Assembly: GCF_001194135.2 (NCBI RefSeq)
Contig: NC_068993.1
Coordinates: 57,379,659-57,417,517 of the forward strand
Direction of reading: 5' to 3'
DNA length: 37,859 nucleotides
DNA from: Octopus bimaculoides
Lineage: Eukaryota
Shown here: positions 36,601 to 37,859 of the stretch, in pieces
Numbering within the stretch: the stretch's first letter is position 1
Layout of the letters: each line of letters starts with the position of its first letter
Notes under the pieces: model-generated
Seen by the model: the letters and a program-made list of their open reading frames with translations, nothing else
Databases searched by the model: none
Told to the model about the DNA's origin: nothing
Made by a program: the position numbers and the translations under genes

Positions 36601-37647
36601 CTAGTAATTAGCCGTTGAACAATCTGATATCTAGCGATTCTGACTGTATCAGTTACGACATCTTTTACATGACCGTTTGCTATCTACAACAAACGCCGCT
36701 CCATCAAGAAGAGGGGACTGAAAAGTACATCAAATTCCAATTCATATAAACGTTTGAACTCAGATATCCGTTGGCAAATATAGTATTAACATATGCATAT
36801 AGCTTAATTCCTGATACAACTATTTTGTGATCTGAGTTTAATTTCTAGTTTCACATGATACAAGCTCTTTAAGAACAAGATAATGAAAAGTCAAATATAT
36901 GTGTAAAGTACTTTTTGTTCTAATTTCACTTCATCCTTTTATTTGCTACCTGCATCGTAGTTGTAAAATACTAGAATTTTCATCAGGAATTAATTGATGT
37001 ACACACATTCGAGCAAACCTAATGCAAAACAATGAAATAGACTCATGTCATCCATTCATAGTTGTGAAAGGTTCATTAATTTTTAAGAAGAATCTCTAAA
37101 TTATCAATAATTTGTATAAGCTAGTAGAATGATAATGCTATGTATATCACTAACTTCATACATTCAATCATCTGGTTCACACCTATTTCTTAAAGCACTG
37201 TCAAATATTACTAAACTGTTCTGGCCTTAATTGTCAAGTTCTTTCTCTCATCAATCAACTCCAAAAGAAGCATTTTAATTTAAACAGCCATAACTTGCAG
37301 TTGCAGCTTTTCTCCTAACATGGAAATTCTTATACCATGTAAACCAATGAAATTAGTTGAGGTTAAGTGCACAGTATGAAATATAAATTACTGGCCACTA
37401 AATCATTCTTGCGATGCTGAAGTGAACATGTTTGAAGCAGTAATCACCTTTATCAAGTCAGTTCTTAAGGTAGTGTGTAAGCACTTTGTCGGATTACATG
37501 TAAATTTATAATGTTTTCCGTTAGGTTTTTTTTTTACTTTCAGACATTATCAAACAAGAGAAGGTACGAAAATATTTTGTTACACTTGAATTTTGAAAGG
37601 ACGTGTCATTGATTTGAATATGATACGCAAAAATTATAAGTATAGGC

Positions 37648-37735
37648 AGACAATCATGAGGTGGTGAGTTTGATCCCCGGACCACGCAGTGTATTGTGTT
37701 CTTGAGCAAGACACTTTATTTCACATTGCTCCAGA
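37648..37735 (+). mobile_element. Family C SINE fragment
   Basis: B-box-like gagtttgatcccc and core ttgtgttcttgagcaagacactttatttcacattgctccag, matching 8477-8513. Confidence 0.7.
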
Positions 37736-37859
37736 CTGCATTGTTCGATCGCGTAACCCTACATACAATTCAAAGAATTCACTGAATCTTTTGAGAAGTA
37801 GTTTCAAATATACAAAAACATACACATATACGCACCAACACACTTGCGATATATATATA

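Overview
Eukaryotic, AT-rich, microsatellite-saturated non-coding DNA with 15 N-gaps (about 5.8 kb). The repeat content looks like an octopus genome, probably intron or intergenic sequence; this is my inference from the SINE families, not a database result. I can support no intact protein-coding gene, rRNA, tRNA gene or CRISPR array. Almost every ORF in the supplied track is a translation of microsatellites or Ns. The window does hold fossils of four transposon classes. These are a Penelope-like GIY-YIG endonuclease fragment (~6960-7174, minus), two Tc1/mariner transposase remnants (~17495-17640 minus; ~35995-36600 plus), a ~1.4 kb decayed Helitron Rep region (~18700-20125) and the 3' end of an R4/Dong-type RLE LINE inside a (TAA)n array (~24149-24481). 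About 15 copies of at least four tRNA-derived SINE families are also present. The most striking element is at ~1001-1290: a Pol III (A/B-box) tRNA head, an (AAT)n spacer and a tail containing a near-intact minimal type I hammerhead ribozyme of the Penelope-associated kind. A few short exon-like segments with good splice signals are flagged at low confidence.
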